This document shows positions 48,502 through 60,189 of a stretch of DNA of 64,000 nt, piece after piece; the stretch's first letter is position 1; each line of letters starts with the position of its first letter. Both the position numbers and the translations under genes were made by a program. Under the pieces are notes generated by a model that was not told the origin of the DNA, did no database searches, and worked only from the letters and a program-made list of their open reading frames with translations. Origin of the DNA: Squalus acanthias (taxonomy: Eukaryota). The stretch spans positions 161,698,001 to 161,762,000 of the forward strand of contig CM059425.1 of assembly GCA_030390025.1 (NCBI GenBank), in the 5' to 3' direction.

Positions 48502-51500
48502 AAAGAGTCTGCAAAGGGATATAGGTAGGTTAAAAGAGTGGGCAAAAATTTGGCAGATGGAGTATAATGTGGGAAAATGTGAGGTTATGCACTTTGGTAG
48601 GAAGAATAGAAAAGAAAATATTATTTAAATGGAGAGACACTACAGAATGCTGCGGTACAGAAGGATCTGGGTGTCCTCGTACATGAAACACAAAAAGTTA
48701 GCATGCAGGTACAGCAAGTAATTAGGAAGACAAATGGAATGTTGGCCTTTATTGCAAGGGGGATGGAGTATAAAAGTAGGGAAGTCTTGCTACAACTGTA
48801 CAGGGCGTTGGTGAGACCACATCTGGAGTACTGCGTGCAGTTTTGGTCTCCTTATTTAAGGAGGGATATACTTGCATTGGAGGCAGTTCAGAAAAGGTTC
48901 ACTAGGTTGATTCCTGAGATGAAAGGGTTGTCTTATGAGGAAAGGTTGAGCAGGTTGGGCCTAAAATCATTGGCGTTTAGAAGAATGAGAGGTGATCTTA
49001 TCGAAATATATGAGATTCTGAGGGGGCTTGACAGGGTAGATGCTGAGAGGATGTTTCCCCTCGTGGGGGAATCTAGAACTAGGGGGCACAGTTTCAGGAT
49101 AAGGGGTCGCCCATTTAAAATGGAGATGAGGAGGAATTTCTTCTCTCAGAGGGTTGTGAATCTTTGGAATTCTCTACCCCAGAGAGCTGTGGAGGCGGAG
49201 TCATTGAATATATTCAAGGTGGAGATAGACAGATATTTGAGCTACAGGGGAGTCAAGGGTTATGGGGAACGGGCAGGAAAGTGGAGTTGAGGCCAAGATC
49301 AGATCAGCCATGATCTTATTGAATGGCGGAGCAGGCTCGAGGGGCCGAATGGCCTATTCCTGCTCCTATTTCTTATGTTCATCTCCTTATGCCCCCATCT
49401 CAATGAATTTCGACGCTGAGCTCTTCTTCCGTCGCCTTCGCCTCCGTGCCCACTTCTTTGGCCAGGAGTCTTCCCCCCTTTCTCTCATCTTCAGAATTCT
49501 CAATCCACCTGGACCCCTCCCTCTGGCTTCTTACCCTCTCTAGATCTTTTCATTGGGAACTGCCGACGTGACATCAGCTGTCTCTATTTTTCTGCTCCCC
49601 TCACTCATTCTAACCTACCTCCCTCTGAACTTGCAGCACTCTGTTCTCTCAGGTCCAACCCCAATATTGTCATTAAACCTGCTGACAAGGGTGAAGTTAT
49701 TGTTGTTTGGCAAACCGACCTCTACCTTGAACGCCAACTCTCTGACACCTCCTCCTACCTCCCCATGGACCATGACCCCACTACCGAACATCAAGTCATC
49801 ATTTACAAGACCGTCACTGACCTCATCTCCTCTGGAGATCTTCCCTCCATGGGACATCGTAGTCCCCGAACATCGCACAGCCCGCTTCTACCTCCTTCCC
49901 AAGATCCACAAACAGGACTGCTCTGGTAGACCCATTGTTTCAGCCTGTTCTTGCCCCATGGAACTGATTTCTTCCTGTCTCAACTCTATTTTTTCTCCCC
50001 TTTTCCAGTCTCTTCGCACCTACATCCGCGACTCTTCCGACACCCATCGTCACTTGAACAGTTTTCAGTTTCCCGGCACTAATCGTCTCCTTTTCACTAT
50101 GGACATCCAATCCCTCTACACCTCCATCCCCCATGAGAACGGCATGAGGGCTCTCCACTTCTTCCTTGAACAGAGGCCCAACCAGTCCCCATCCACCATC
50201 ACCCTCCTCCACCTGGCTGAACTTGTTCTCACATTGAACAACTTCTCTTATGACTTGATTCACTTCCTCCAAATAAAAGGTGTTGCCATAGGAACCCGTA
50301 TGGGTCCTAGCTATGCCTGCCTTTTCGTGGGATATATGGAATATTCTTTGTTCCAGTCCTATTCAGGACCCCTCCCTCACCTCTTTTTCCAGTACATTGA
50401 TGACTGTATCAGTGCCATTTCCTGCTCTTGCCCCGAACTGGAAAATTTCATCAACTTTGCTTCCAATTTCCACCCTTCCCTTGCCTTCACATGGTCCATC
50501 AATGACTTTTTCCTACTCTTCTCAACTTCTCTAATCCCATTTCTGGGGATAGTCTATTGACCAATATTCACTATAAGCCCATTGGCTCCCATAGCTACCT
50601 TGACTACACTTCCTCCCACCTCCTTTCCTGTAAGGACTCTATTCCATTCCCCCAGTTTCTCTGTCTCTGTCACATCGGTTCTGATGATGCCACCTTCCAT
50701 ACCAGTGCTTCTGATATGTCTTCCTTTTTCCTCAACTGAGGATTTCCCTTCGCTGTGGTTGGCAGGGCCCTCAACCGTGACTGTCCAATTTCCCACACTT
50801 CTGGTCTCCCTCCCAGAATGCCTTGTCCTCACCTTCCACCCCACCAGCCTCCACATTCAACAGATTATCCTTCACCATTTCCGCCACCTCCAGTGTGATG
50901 CCACCACCAAATACATGTTCCCCTCCCCTCACCTTTCAGCATTCCGAAAGGACCGTTCCCTCCGCGACACCCTGGTCCAGTCCTCAATCACCCCAACACC
51001 CCCTCACCTTCCCACGGCATCATCCTGTGCAAGCGCAGGTGATGCAACACCTGCCCTTTTACCTCCACCCTTCCCACCGTCCAGGGCCGTAAATATTCTT
51101 TCCAGGTGAAACAGCGATTTACTTCTACTTCTTTCAATTTAGTATACTATATTCGCTGCTCATTATGTGGTCTCCTCTACATTGGGAATACCAACGTCAG
51201 ATTGGGTGACCGCTTTGTGGAGCACCTCCATTCAGTCCACAAGCGTGACCCCGAGCTTCCGGTTGCCTGGTTTATGATATCTATTGCACCTCTCAATTGG
51301 ATAACAACCTTATTCACTCCTAAGGATTCAATCTGATAAATACTCTATATTTATCCCACATGTCAGTACTAAACATGAATGGTTTACTTGTGGACTACTT
51401 CTGAAGCATGCACTTTTATCACTCTAGAAATTATGTGATGCATGTATGTCCAAGCTTCAATAAAAGCAGCCTTTCAAACTGTCCACTGGCATCAGTGAAA

Positions 51501-53106
51501 AAGAACAATGGACTACAGTGCTCTTCAGCTTCCCAGTATCATAGCAACACCTATCAGTTGCCAGTCAAAGCACTTCAAAGAGGTACTGTCTTCACAAAAA
51601 AAAGTCCGGCATATTTTTTTAGTTAAGAAAGAAGACCCAAAACAACCATGCACCAAATGTGTCATCAAGTTATGTTTTTTTTAAACACAAATGAAGACAG
51701 TTTCCCAGACAATCTATTGTGAAAATATTGTCCTTTTAATACCTCACAGTATGGGTCAAAGATTTTCACACAAGTGGAAATAACTACAAAAGTCACAGAA
51801 TACAAAGAGATGTACACAATAGAAAGTCAAAACTACTAAAATTTTCTATTTTTCATTCTGTGACTTCTGTAGTGATTACCTCAGTTTTTAATATTCAAAT
51901 ATTATAATGACAACATTCTGACAGACTTCCAAAATGAAACTGCAGAAGACCTTAAGCAAATATTGTTTCCAGAAACAGCAGCTCTCCAACAGCAAAAACC
52001 ACAGGCAACAGATAAATTACAAATTGCAGAACATCCAGACAACAGTGAGTTCAACTCAAAAATATACAACACACCCTACAAAGCACACAGGCGCAACAAA
52101 ACAATTTTTACAAAAATCAGTGCCACCAACACAATTACATACAATTCAAGAGGCTTTGCCAAGGCCTCCAGGTCTGTAACACCACCACTGCACAAACATA
52201 CCACTAAAGCAGTCATCCAGGAAGGTTATATATATGACATAAGAGAGCTTCCAAAAATACACAGAAATAAATCAAAAAGCATGCAGTGTTACAAAACAAA
52301 TTCTAATTGAGAAACTAGGTAATTCTATACCTGTAAGACAAACCCTACATGGTCTCAAGATTCTTCTGATATAAGCCATCACCATTGGCTGTAATAATAT
52401 AAAGCATTAAGAGATAATCAAACAACAAAATGAACAATGTTCAATGTCAACATATCTTGAATTTGCAAAAAACCAGGGGCTCAATTTTCCTCCTTGGCAA
52501 GTTTACTGCCTGAAGTGCACCAGCACTGCACTTTTGCCCACTGGTGTGGCCCTGCTATGACACTATTCCATTTCCCTTGGTCAACTTCATTTTAATATTG
52601 TAGACAAGCTCCCATTGCTATTTACACCCTTTATTAGGAGCTTGCCTACGTAGAGCGAGGGAGGGGGATAGAAATCCCCTGCTGCTGTAGCATTAAACAG
52701 GCTGTAGCAGCTTAAAGGGGCACGGCACTCATTTTATGCCCCCACGGATCAGGGGGCTGGATGTTGTAATGGCAGGTTTCAGATCCTGAAAACTCTGAGA
52801 ACTATAAACTATGTAGTACTGTAAAGTATTATTAATGCTCATTTAATTCTCAAGAAAATGTGCAAAACGGTTCTGATGAACTATATAGTCATTTTCTATC
52901 CGAAAACAAAACAGGCTCCGTTGTCAACCCTTTCTGATCTCTTTATTTTACTGTACTTGAATGTGATGCTGTTTTATTATACGTCATGGGGCCAATGTTG
53001 CGATGCTAAGCACTTCAGGCGCCAGGGCCCCATATTATTGGGTACTATGGCCTTAGGCCTACTCAGTACCTGATGTTCACAGTGCCCCAAAATTCAGCAA
53101 AATATT

Positions 53107-53871
53107 GGCCCGAAAATTAGATCTAATACGGGAGATCACGCACTGTGTACTCTCGCGTATTAGGTCCCGAAGTGCCGGTTTCCTGCATGCACTGCGCATG
53201 CGCGGGAAACCGGCACTTCGGGTATTGCGAAGGGGGCGGTTCCTAAGTGAACCGCGTGCGCGCTACAAGTTGTGCGCACGCAGCGCACTTAGTTTTTTTT
53301 TCAGGTTTGAACGCGCAGGTAAGTGTTGAAGATTTTACACATAAAGAAAGCAGGCGTAAGACCCCCTTTTAACAAGGTAAGTAGTTAATTAAGTATTATT
53401 TTTAATTTTTTTCAACAGGTTTATCTTTTTTAGAGACTTTAAAGAAAGGTAAGTTTATTTTTATAACTTTTAAAAAGAATTTAAATTTTTTCAAAAATTT
53501 TAATTTTTGTTTAAAGTGGTTAATTTATTTAACTATAGTTATTTTATTAATGTGATGGTTTTAAAAAAAATGTAATTGAGGTTTAGCTGTTCTTTTGGGG
53601 GCAAGTTGTATTCATAGCTTTGACAGCTCTTGCTGTCAAAACTATGAATGAAAGATTGTGTGCTGCCATTGGCTCTAACTGGCCCACGTGATCCCAGAGG
53701 TCGCATCGAACTAACTGCGCCTCTGGGACACGCACACACTGTGCGCCGGCACCAGGGAGAGGCCCAGGAACTGAAGTTCGTGTGGGCCAAAACCATAAAG
53801 GTAGGCGCGGAGTGCGATATCGCGGGGGATCCTTACCCCCGTGGCAACCATCGAACTCCAATTTCTGGGCC
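53107..53871. mobile_element. MITE family A (765 bp), inverted close relative of 1426-2188
   Basis: ATT-GGCCCGAAAATT ... AATTTCTGGGCC-ATT. Confidence 0.92.
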
Positions 53872-55680
53872 ATTGTCAGTGACAGTGAACAAGGCTCAAT
53901 AATGCACCAGCTTTTTTTTAAATGAGGGGTCTTCCCCATATGACGACCGGAGTGGTCCAGACGCTCAGTGCCCACTTGCATTTCAAGGGTGTGAACTGAA
54001 GTAAAGATTGAACATTCTTTTAAATGGCTACTCTTTCTAATAGGATCACCCTTCATTGCTGCACCTTCCTTTGTTTGACCTCCAAAGGCCAATCCTTGAA
54101 ATGAGTTGTGTGCTCCATGTAATTTTGATGCAACAAAATGGCTCAGCTTTAAGGACAGGTAGCGGTCTATTCATAGTTGCTGGTCTGGTAATACATGGCA
54201 CTCTTAGCACATCAAACACTAAGCGCCAGATATGCTGTGGAAAATATTTAAATGAGCTGATATCACATTATTGGGCGGGGTACAGGCACCAGTAGTGTCT
54301 GAGCAGAAGTGCGACAGGACCTCAATATCAGACCCATGGTTTCTGAAAGAGAAAGTTGAAATAAAGCTACTATGCACCATATAATTCAAATGCAAAATAC
54401 AATTTCTTGTTGATGGGGAAGCCTTTCTGTTTATTTTGCACTGACAAAATTTTTTTTTAAAACTCTTGTCTTGTTAAAGCATCTGATATTTACAGAGACG
54501 ATGTATAGTGGCAATTTATTTTTGGGGCAATATACTTCTGTAAAACATTAGATAAAATTATTTTTTTAAGTGAAAGCACAATACTGATCAATTTGTCTGT
54601 CATACTGTAGTAGAATATTGAAAATATGTATATTTTTGAAATTCAATTAAAAATAGTATTTCCCACAGAAACACAAGTACTGCAACAACATAAATGAAGA
54701 AGCAAACAAAATCACAACTAAACCAGATCAAAAATACTTTGGATGAATGCCTGATGACCATAGTACTCCCTCTGTCAATTTTCCAGAACAGTTTCCTCCT
54801 TTACAACTAGAGATAGTATCAAGCAGTTTCAGATCAGGTACAGCACATTAGATCTAGAATGTAGAACTTCTCTTGTACATCTCCACTAATGTCTAAACCT
54901 CAGTCTCAGCAGAGTACTTAGTAGTCATAGTATGACATTTTCAATTCCCACACCAGTCATTCTATAGACTCTCTAAGTGAGACTGCCCAATTAGTGCTGA
55001 ATTATGAACAGTTTTGTTCTGTAAAATGTTGTCCACTGGGAGATGGACATAGACTGCCGAAACTCATTTCACTTAGGAACAAGCATAAAAAAATAACTTT
55101 TATTCCATCTGTCTGGGCTAAACTGGGACCCAGGCTTCAAGGTGAAAGGACCATATTCTAACCCAATGCACTACCATTTCTACTCCCAATTATTTATGAT
55201 CAGTGACCCTCTGGTCTTCCTGTGATTAGTTAGTCACAATTTCCATGGCAATAACCAATCAGAAACATGCTGATTATTTACACATTCAATAATTCTGTCT
55301 AATCCCCTTACATCCCTTCACCATACATTTACATTGTCTCATCAGGGTGCTCTTCCACAGAATGGTGTTGAAGTTTTTTCAGGAGAAGCATTTAAACATG
55401 AGCAAGACTATTGAAATGACTTGTCATAAATATGTAATCAATTGTCTTTGTTTTTCAGATATTGTAGTTTGTGTTTTAAGGTGATATTCATAAAACAAGT
55501 TCCTTGAATGGTAGATATGTATTAGTCCATCAGCTGCCTGTCATTAATCTGTGTAATGAACAGTGTCTGGCTATAAAAGCAGCTAATTTTTAATGAAACA
55601 CATTTTCTCCGAATCACAAATCCATTGCTATTTGGGAAAAAGTCAATATTGCATACCTAAAAAATTACCCAAGGAGTTTA

Positions 55681-56349
55681 GGCCTAAAAATTCGGTTGCT
55701 TTGCGCCTCCTGTTAGCGCCCTAAGAGGGCGCTAACGGGCCGCAAAGCAACTAGCACCCAGGCGCGGCGCCGCCAACGCCTCCCGCGAAATTCAGCGGGA
55801 GGTTAGCGGCGGCGGTAACCGTTAGCGCCCTGTGGCACTGCACCGCCGGCAATGACATCATCGCCTTGCGCAGCGCCCCGCTCGCGCCCTGGCCGCGATC
55901 TTCGGTAGCGCCCCCTGACTTACCGCCGGACGCTATGTCCGACGGGCCAGGGGGGACTACCTGCGGCCAGGGCGGCACTAATGAAAGGCGAGGTGCTGGG
56001 CGGCCATTTTTGTTGCAGGCCGCCTGCCAGCACCTGCCCTCATTGCCGTCCCTGGCCTCCTGACCAGCCCCCCCGTCTAGTGCCGGCCGTGCTCCGTGAG
56101 CCCGGCACTTCTCTTGAGTGCTGGGCTCTTTTACTGGCACTCCGATCCCTGGTGGCCCAGCTGGGCCCCGGGTCGCGCTGCGCAAGGCCCCTCCCCTTTA
56201 AGAAGGGGAGGAAGGCCTGCAGTACCGCGGCACGTAGTGCCGTGATATTCACTCACAGCGCCCCAAGAGGGAGGCGGGGCGTTTCCAGTAGTGCCCCGCT
56301 TCCCTCTTGTGGCGATACCAATGAATTTCGGCAAGTTAGCGCCCCAAAC
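55681..56349. mobile_element. MITE family B copy lacking a clear right TIR
   Basis: TTA-GGCCTAAAAATT start; interior homologous to 12275-12900 and 39084-39600. Confidence 0.8.
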
Positions 56350-58514
56350 TATGCACATTGGAACTAAAATGCATGCTGCGTGTCAGTTAAGGGATAGTCA
56401 TTTTGTGCGTTCGCATCAGCACACTTTTCCTATGCTGTTAAACTGATAGTAAATATTTCTAACTTGTGCTACCACACAGAACTGATGTTAATGTTTTTTT
56501 ACTCCTGTTAACTACTTGTGCAAATTACTCAAGATTTACTTTATTCCCAATATCTATTATTTTTTTCCATCTAGGAGCTGATTCTAAAGCACCAGAAGGA
56601 GTTGGTAGAGTTCTAGTGCTGAAAAGAGTAGGAGATATTGCCGAAAGGATGAGTCTTTTAATATGAGTCACACTTCATGGGTGTCACATCAAATTTGTCA
56701 ATGTTAGATACTTTGGAGGAAAATCAACAGCAAGAGACCACGACCTAAGAGGTTAAAGGTCATAGGAGGTGGACTTACACGATTCTTTAATATCCAATGG
56801 AGTGCGAGTACTGCTGGACTTGAGAGAGGAACACCGAGTAGGACACTGCGCCTTGACATAGAAGCAATCTCAGACCGGTTTCAGGCCCTTAAACCATCCT
56901 GTATGCATGCAGCAACATCTGGATTGCATCCTTAGTGGAAGAAAAAGTACCATTTGCACAGCGCTTCTGTGCCAATGGGTGTTCCCAGGCACCAGCATGA
57001 GACATCACTTGGATCAGACGTAATGCTACATTGCTGAGGTTAAAGATTCTTTCCTACAATACATGTCAGAACAGATGAGCAGAGATCAATGATTTCTGAA
57101 TTAAGGTCTGCACAGCCTTTTCTGGAAACAGGGCAAAATGCAGAACTTTGTACGTATACTTTAACTGGGCACAAAATGAAGTTCTTTTTATGTCATGTGC
57201 CAAACAACCTGTTGTTTATATTAATCTTACATAAAAAAGTACTGACTACAAACTTTACTGTGTTCAACATTTGCTTTCATTAATGTAAGTGTGAATGGGT
57301 TAGACGTTGACTTTGTGCAATAATGTAAAATGGGTGATAGCAAATTGGCAGCCCATTTCTCACTTGCAAGCCGAGGGAATGTCAGTGACTTGAGAGCCAG
57401 ACACTTATTCCTGCGTGACTGCTGCCACTGGAGGCCACATCCTGACTGTGGCCACAGATCTCTGAGCAGAGACTGTTGTAGCCCAGTGATGTGTCTGAGT
57501 CCCTCCTTTTTGGCTTCCCTAGTATGTTTCCAAGCATACCAAAACTAGCCTTTATTGTGTCTTGGACTGTGGACCTCAACATCATCAACAGGAGTATTCC
57601 TGAGAGATGCCCAAATTGTGCCTGTTGCCTAGGTGCCTGAGGTCTTCCCTCCAACTGTCACTAATGCGCAAAGCAACCAGCGCTTGCTGCATAATATTGT
57701 CCCAACAGAAAGTAGAATCTGCAACTTTATCTGGACCAGCTTTTATCATTTTGTGCAATGAGGCAAGCGGCTTGCTCACTAGTTCATGCTCATGAAGGAT
57801 GCTTAGTCTCATCAATGGTGGAAACAGGAGGTGACTTAGTAAGGCCCATGGTTGTGCTGTTCCTCTGCAGATTTGCTCACCATCTCTGTTCCTTTCTACC
57901 CATGATCCTTTTTTTCTTCCTTAAACTCACTGATCCTCTGTGAAGCACGTGTGTCTGGGATGGCACTGGCTTCAAATAATGTTGGTGACACAATGTACAG
58001 AGATGAGAATGTTGGTCCTGCTGCACCTGCTTCCTCCTCCTAAGTTTGTGCCTTTCCATAAAAAAAATGATGGCACTGGATGTGCACTTTTTAAAATTCA
58101 TTCTAGAGATATGGGCAACGCTGGCAAAGTTGGCATTTATTGCCCATCCCTAGTTGTCCTCGAGAAGGTGGTGGTGGACCTTGTTCTTGAATCACTGCAG
58201 TCCACATGGGAAGGTACTTCCACAATGCTGTTAGGTAGGGAGTTCCAGGATTTTGGTCCAGCAATGATAAAGGAACGGCGATATATGTTCAAGTCAGGAT
58301 GGTGTGTGACTTGGAGGGGAACTTGGAAGCGGTGGTGTTCCCATGCATCTGCTGCCCTTGTTCTTCTAGGTGGTGGAGGTCACGGGTTTGGGAAGTGTTG
58401 CCGAAGACTTGGCAACTTGCTGCAGTGCAACCTGTAGCTAGTACACACTGCAGCTACGGTACTCCAGTGGCAGAGGGACTGGATGTTTAAGCTGGTCGAT
58501 GGCTATATATCGTA

Positions 58515-58647
58515 TTTCATTGTATACAAAGCAGTGTTTATACTCCACTATGAAACATAGCTGATACTGTCCTTGCAATATTGCTGCAATAACAGTACGA
58601 GTTACGTTTCACAGTGGAGTAGAAACACTGTTTTCCATACAATGAAA
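58515..58647. repeat. Imperfect inverted repeat (foldback, ~63-bp arms)
   Basis: TTTCATTGTAT..CAGTGTTT.TACTCCACT.TGAAAC pairs with GTTTCACAGTGGAGTAGAAACACTG..ATACAATGAAA. Confidence 0.75.
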
Positions 58648-59179
58648 GCAGAAATTATCTATGCATGAACCAAAAATGTGTTGTCTTCACAAACGTCAGG
58701 ATGCTCCAGTCTCCGTATGGCCTTCCGCCCTACGATCTCTATGTAAGCATAACTGTAGCAACATATGTGCTAAATGTCAGAGTTTGATGCTAATAATCAG
58801 TGATTTGAGGGCCCAGTCAGCATGTCAGCGTTGTCTGACAAAATGAGACTAGGTCCCACTTCACTCAGCACCGCTCCAACAAGAGTCCTGTTGCTAGCGG
58901 AAGTGAGTCTTGAAGCTGCATACTGTAGATAGGAATTCTTGCGTGAACAGGAGTTCCTGCCTGCAGTAAGCAGTGGGTGGTATTCCTTCCACTGGCAGCA
59001 GCATTCAGGAGCAGCTGAGCGGAGGAAAGGGATGGATGAAGTGGAGTGGGAAGGAGGAAATGGACGGCAATGTAGAGGAAAGGGAAGGGGTAAAATTAAG
59101 TGGAGATGAAAAAGGTCAGAAGCTGGGAAAAATACTTTGGGAGGAGGAGGAAGGAGATTACTGACATGAAGGAGGAAGT

Positions 59180-59505
59180 GTGTCAGCATGAATGGGGGGT
59201 GGAAGTGCCAACTTGAACTGGGGAGAAGAGGTGAGCTTACACTAGGAAGGGGAGAATAGTGCCAGCTTAAACTGAAGGGTTGGAGGGGGAAAAGCATGCA
59301 AGCTTGAACTGGGGGCAAAAAAGTGCCCGTTTGAACAGGGGCATGGGTGTAAAAGAAGAATGCCAGCTTGAATAGGGAGAAATAATAGTGACAGTTTAAA
59401 CGGCAGGGGTGGAGGAAGAGTGCCAGGTTAAAGTGAGGGGGCGGAGAAGAGTGCCGGTTGCATTTAGTGGGGAGAAGGAGAAAAGTGCACATATGAATGG
59501 GAAGA
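59180..59505 (+). repeat. Degenerate purine-rich minisatellite (~27-35 bp period, ~11 units)
   Basis: Recurrent GTGCCAGCTTGAACTGGGG...AAGA-like units. Confidence 0.6.
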
Positions 59506-60189
59506 TCAGGAAAGGACTGTCTCTGTGAAAGGGTGTGTAGCTGGATAGGGTACAGTGTCTTCTGAACTTGGGTTGGGGGAAGGGTTTAGATGTGGGAGAG
59601 TGACTGCTGCAGTCTCTGTTGGGAAGTGATATTCTGGTTGCCCTGTTGAAAATCCAAATGTCACTTTTTAATTTTTTTTTAGATTAAACATCTATCAATT
59701 GTGAAGTACAACATTGCTTAAAATTAATGAGCATGCATCATTATAAATTTTTCCAGGGGAGTGTGGCTCCAGATGCCTCCTCGAAATTCATCACCAAATT
59801 TGCATCTTCAACATCTGAATTTCTCCCTTCAGGCTTTCATGTTCTTAATGTTTTATTTTCCCTCCAATACAATTGAAGAAATGTTTGGTACGCCTACAGT
59901 TTAAGTTACAAGCCATGTAACTAATTGGCTTATAATCATGCCTATTCTTAAATTGTTAGTTTTTTGAGTGCTGTATCTGCTTTTTAAAGTGGTTCCATTA
60001 GCTTTTGCTAGTTTTCTAGAGTGACACGTACATAGCGGGTAAGTGGTTTTATTTACTGTATCCTGATAGCACCAATTGAAGACCATCTTCTACAGCAAAG
60101 AAATAAACAACATGTATTGCCTTAGATGTAATTTTGCAGACAGAAGCAAAGGCTACACAAGGCACACATTGTGAATTTGAGCAGAATAA

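Larger units (their letters stand above)
43778..49378 (+). mobile_element. Near full-length CR1 LINE: monomer 5'UTR, ORF1 (44612-~45563: Zn finger, leucine zipper, esterase), ORF2 (~45770-49290: APE, RT); several stops
   Basis: MAGQVMCCSCSMWE...HICSKCLQLEELRLKVDELE; VVHVGTNDI; IAITEMWL, GDFN, SDHN, KFADDT; 3' UTR ending TTCTTATGT. Confidence 0.95.
43245..51270 (+). mobile_element. Penelope-like element (RT + GIY-YIG), split by the CR1 at 43778-49378
   Basis: ERSVLSKGLS|FISL rejoins across the CR1; FYLLPKIHK..GRPIVS, TMDIQSLYTSIPH, GVAIGTRMGPSYA, QYIDD; GIY-YIG VYYIRCSLCGLLYIG..RLGDRFVEHL. Confidence 0.9.
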
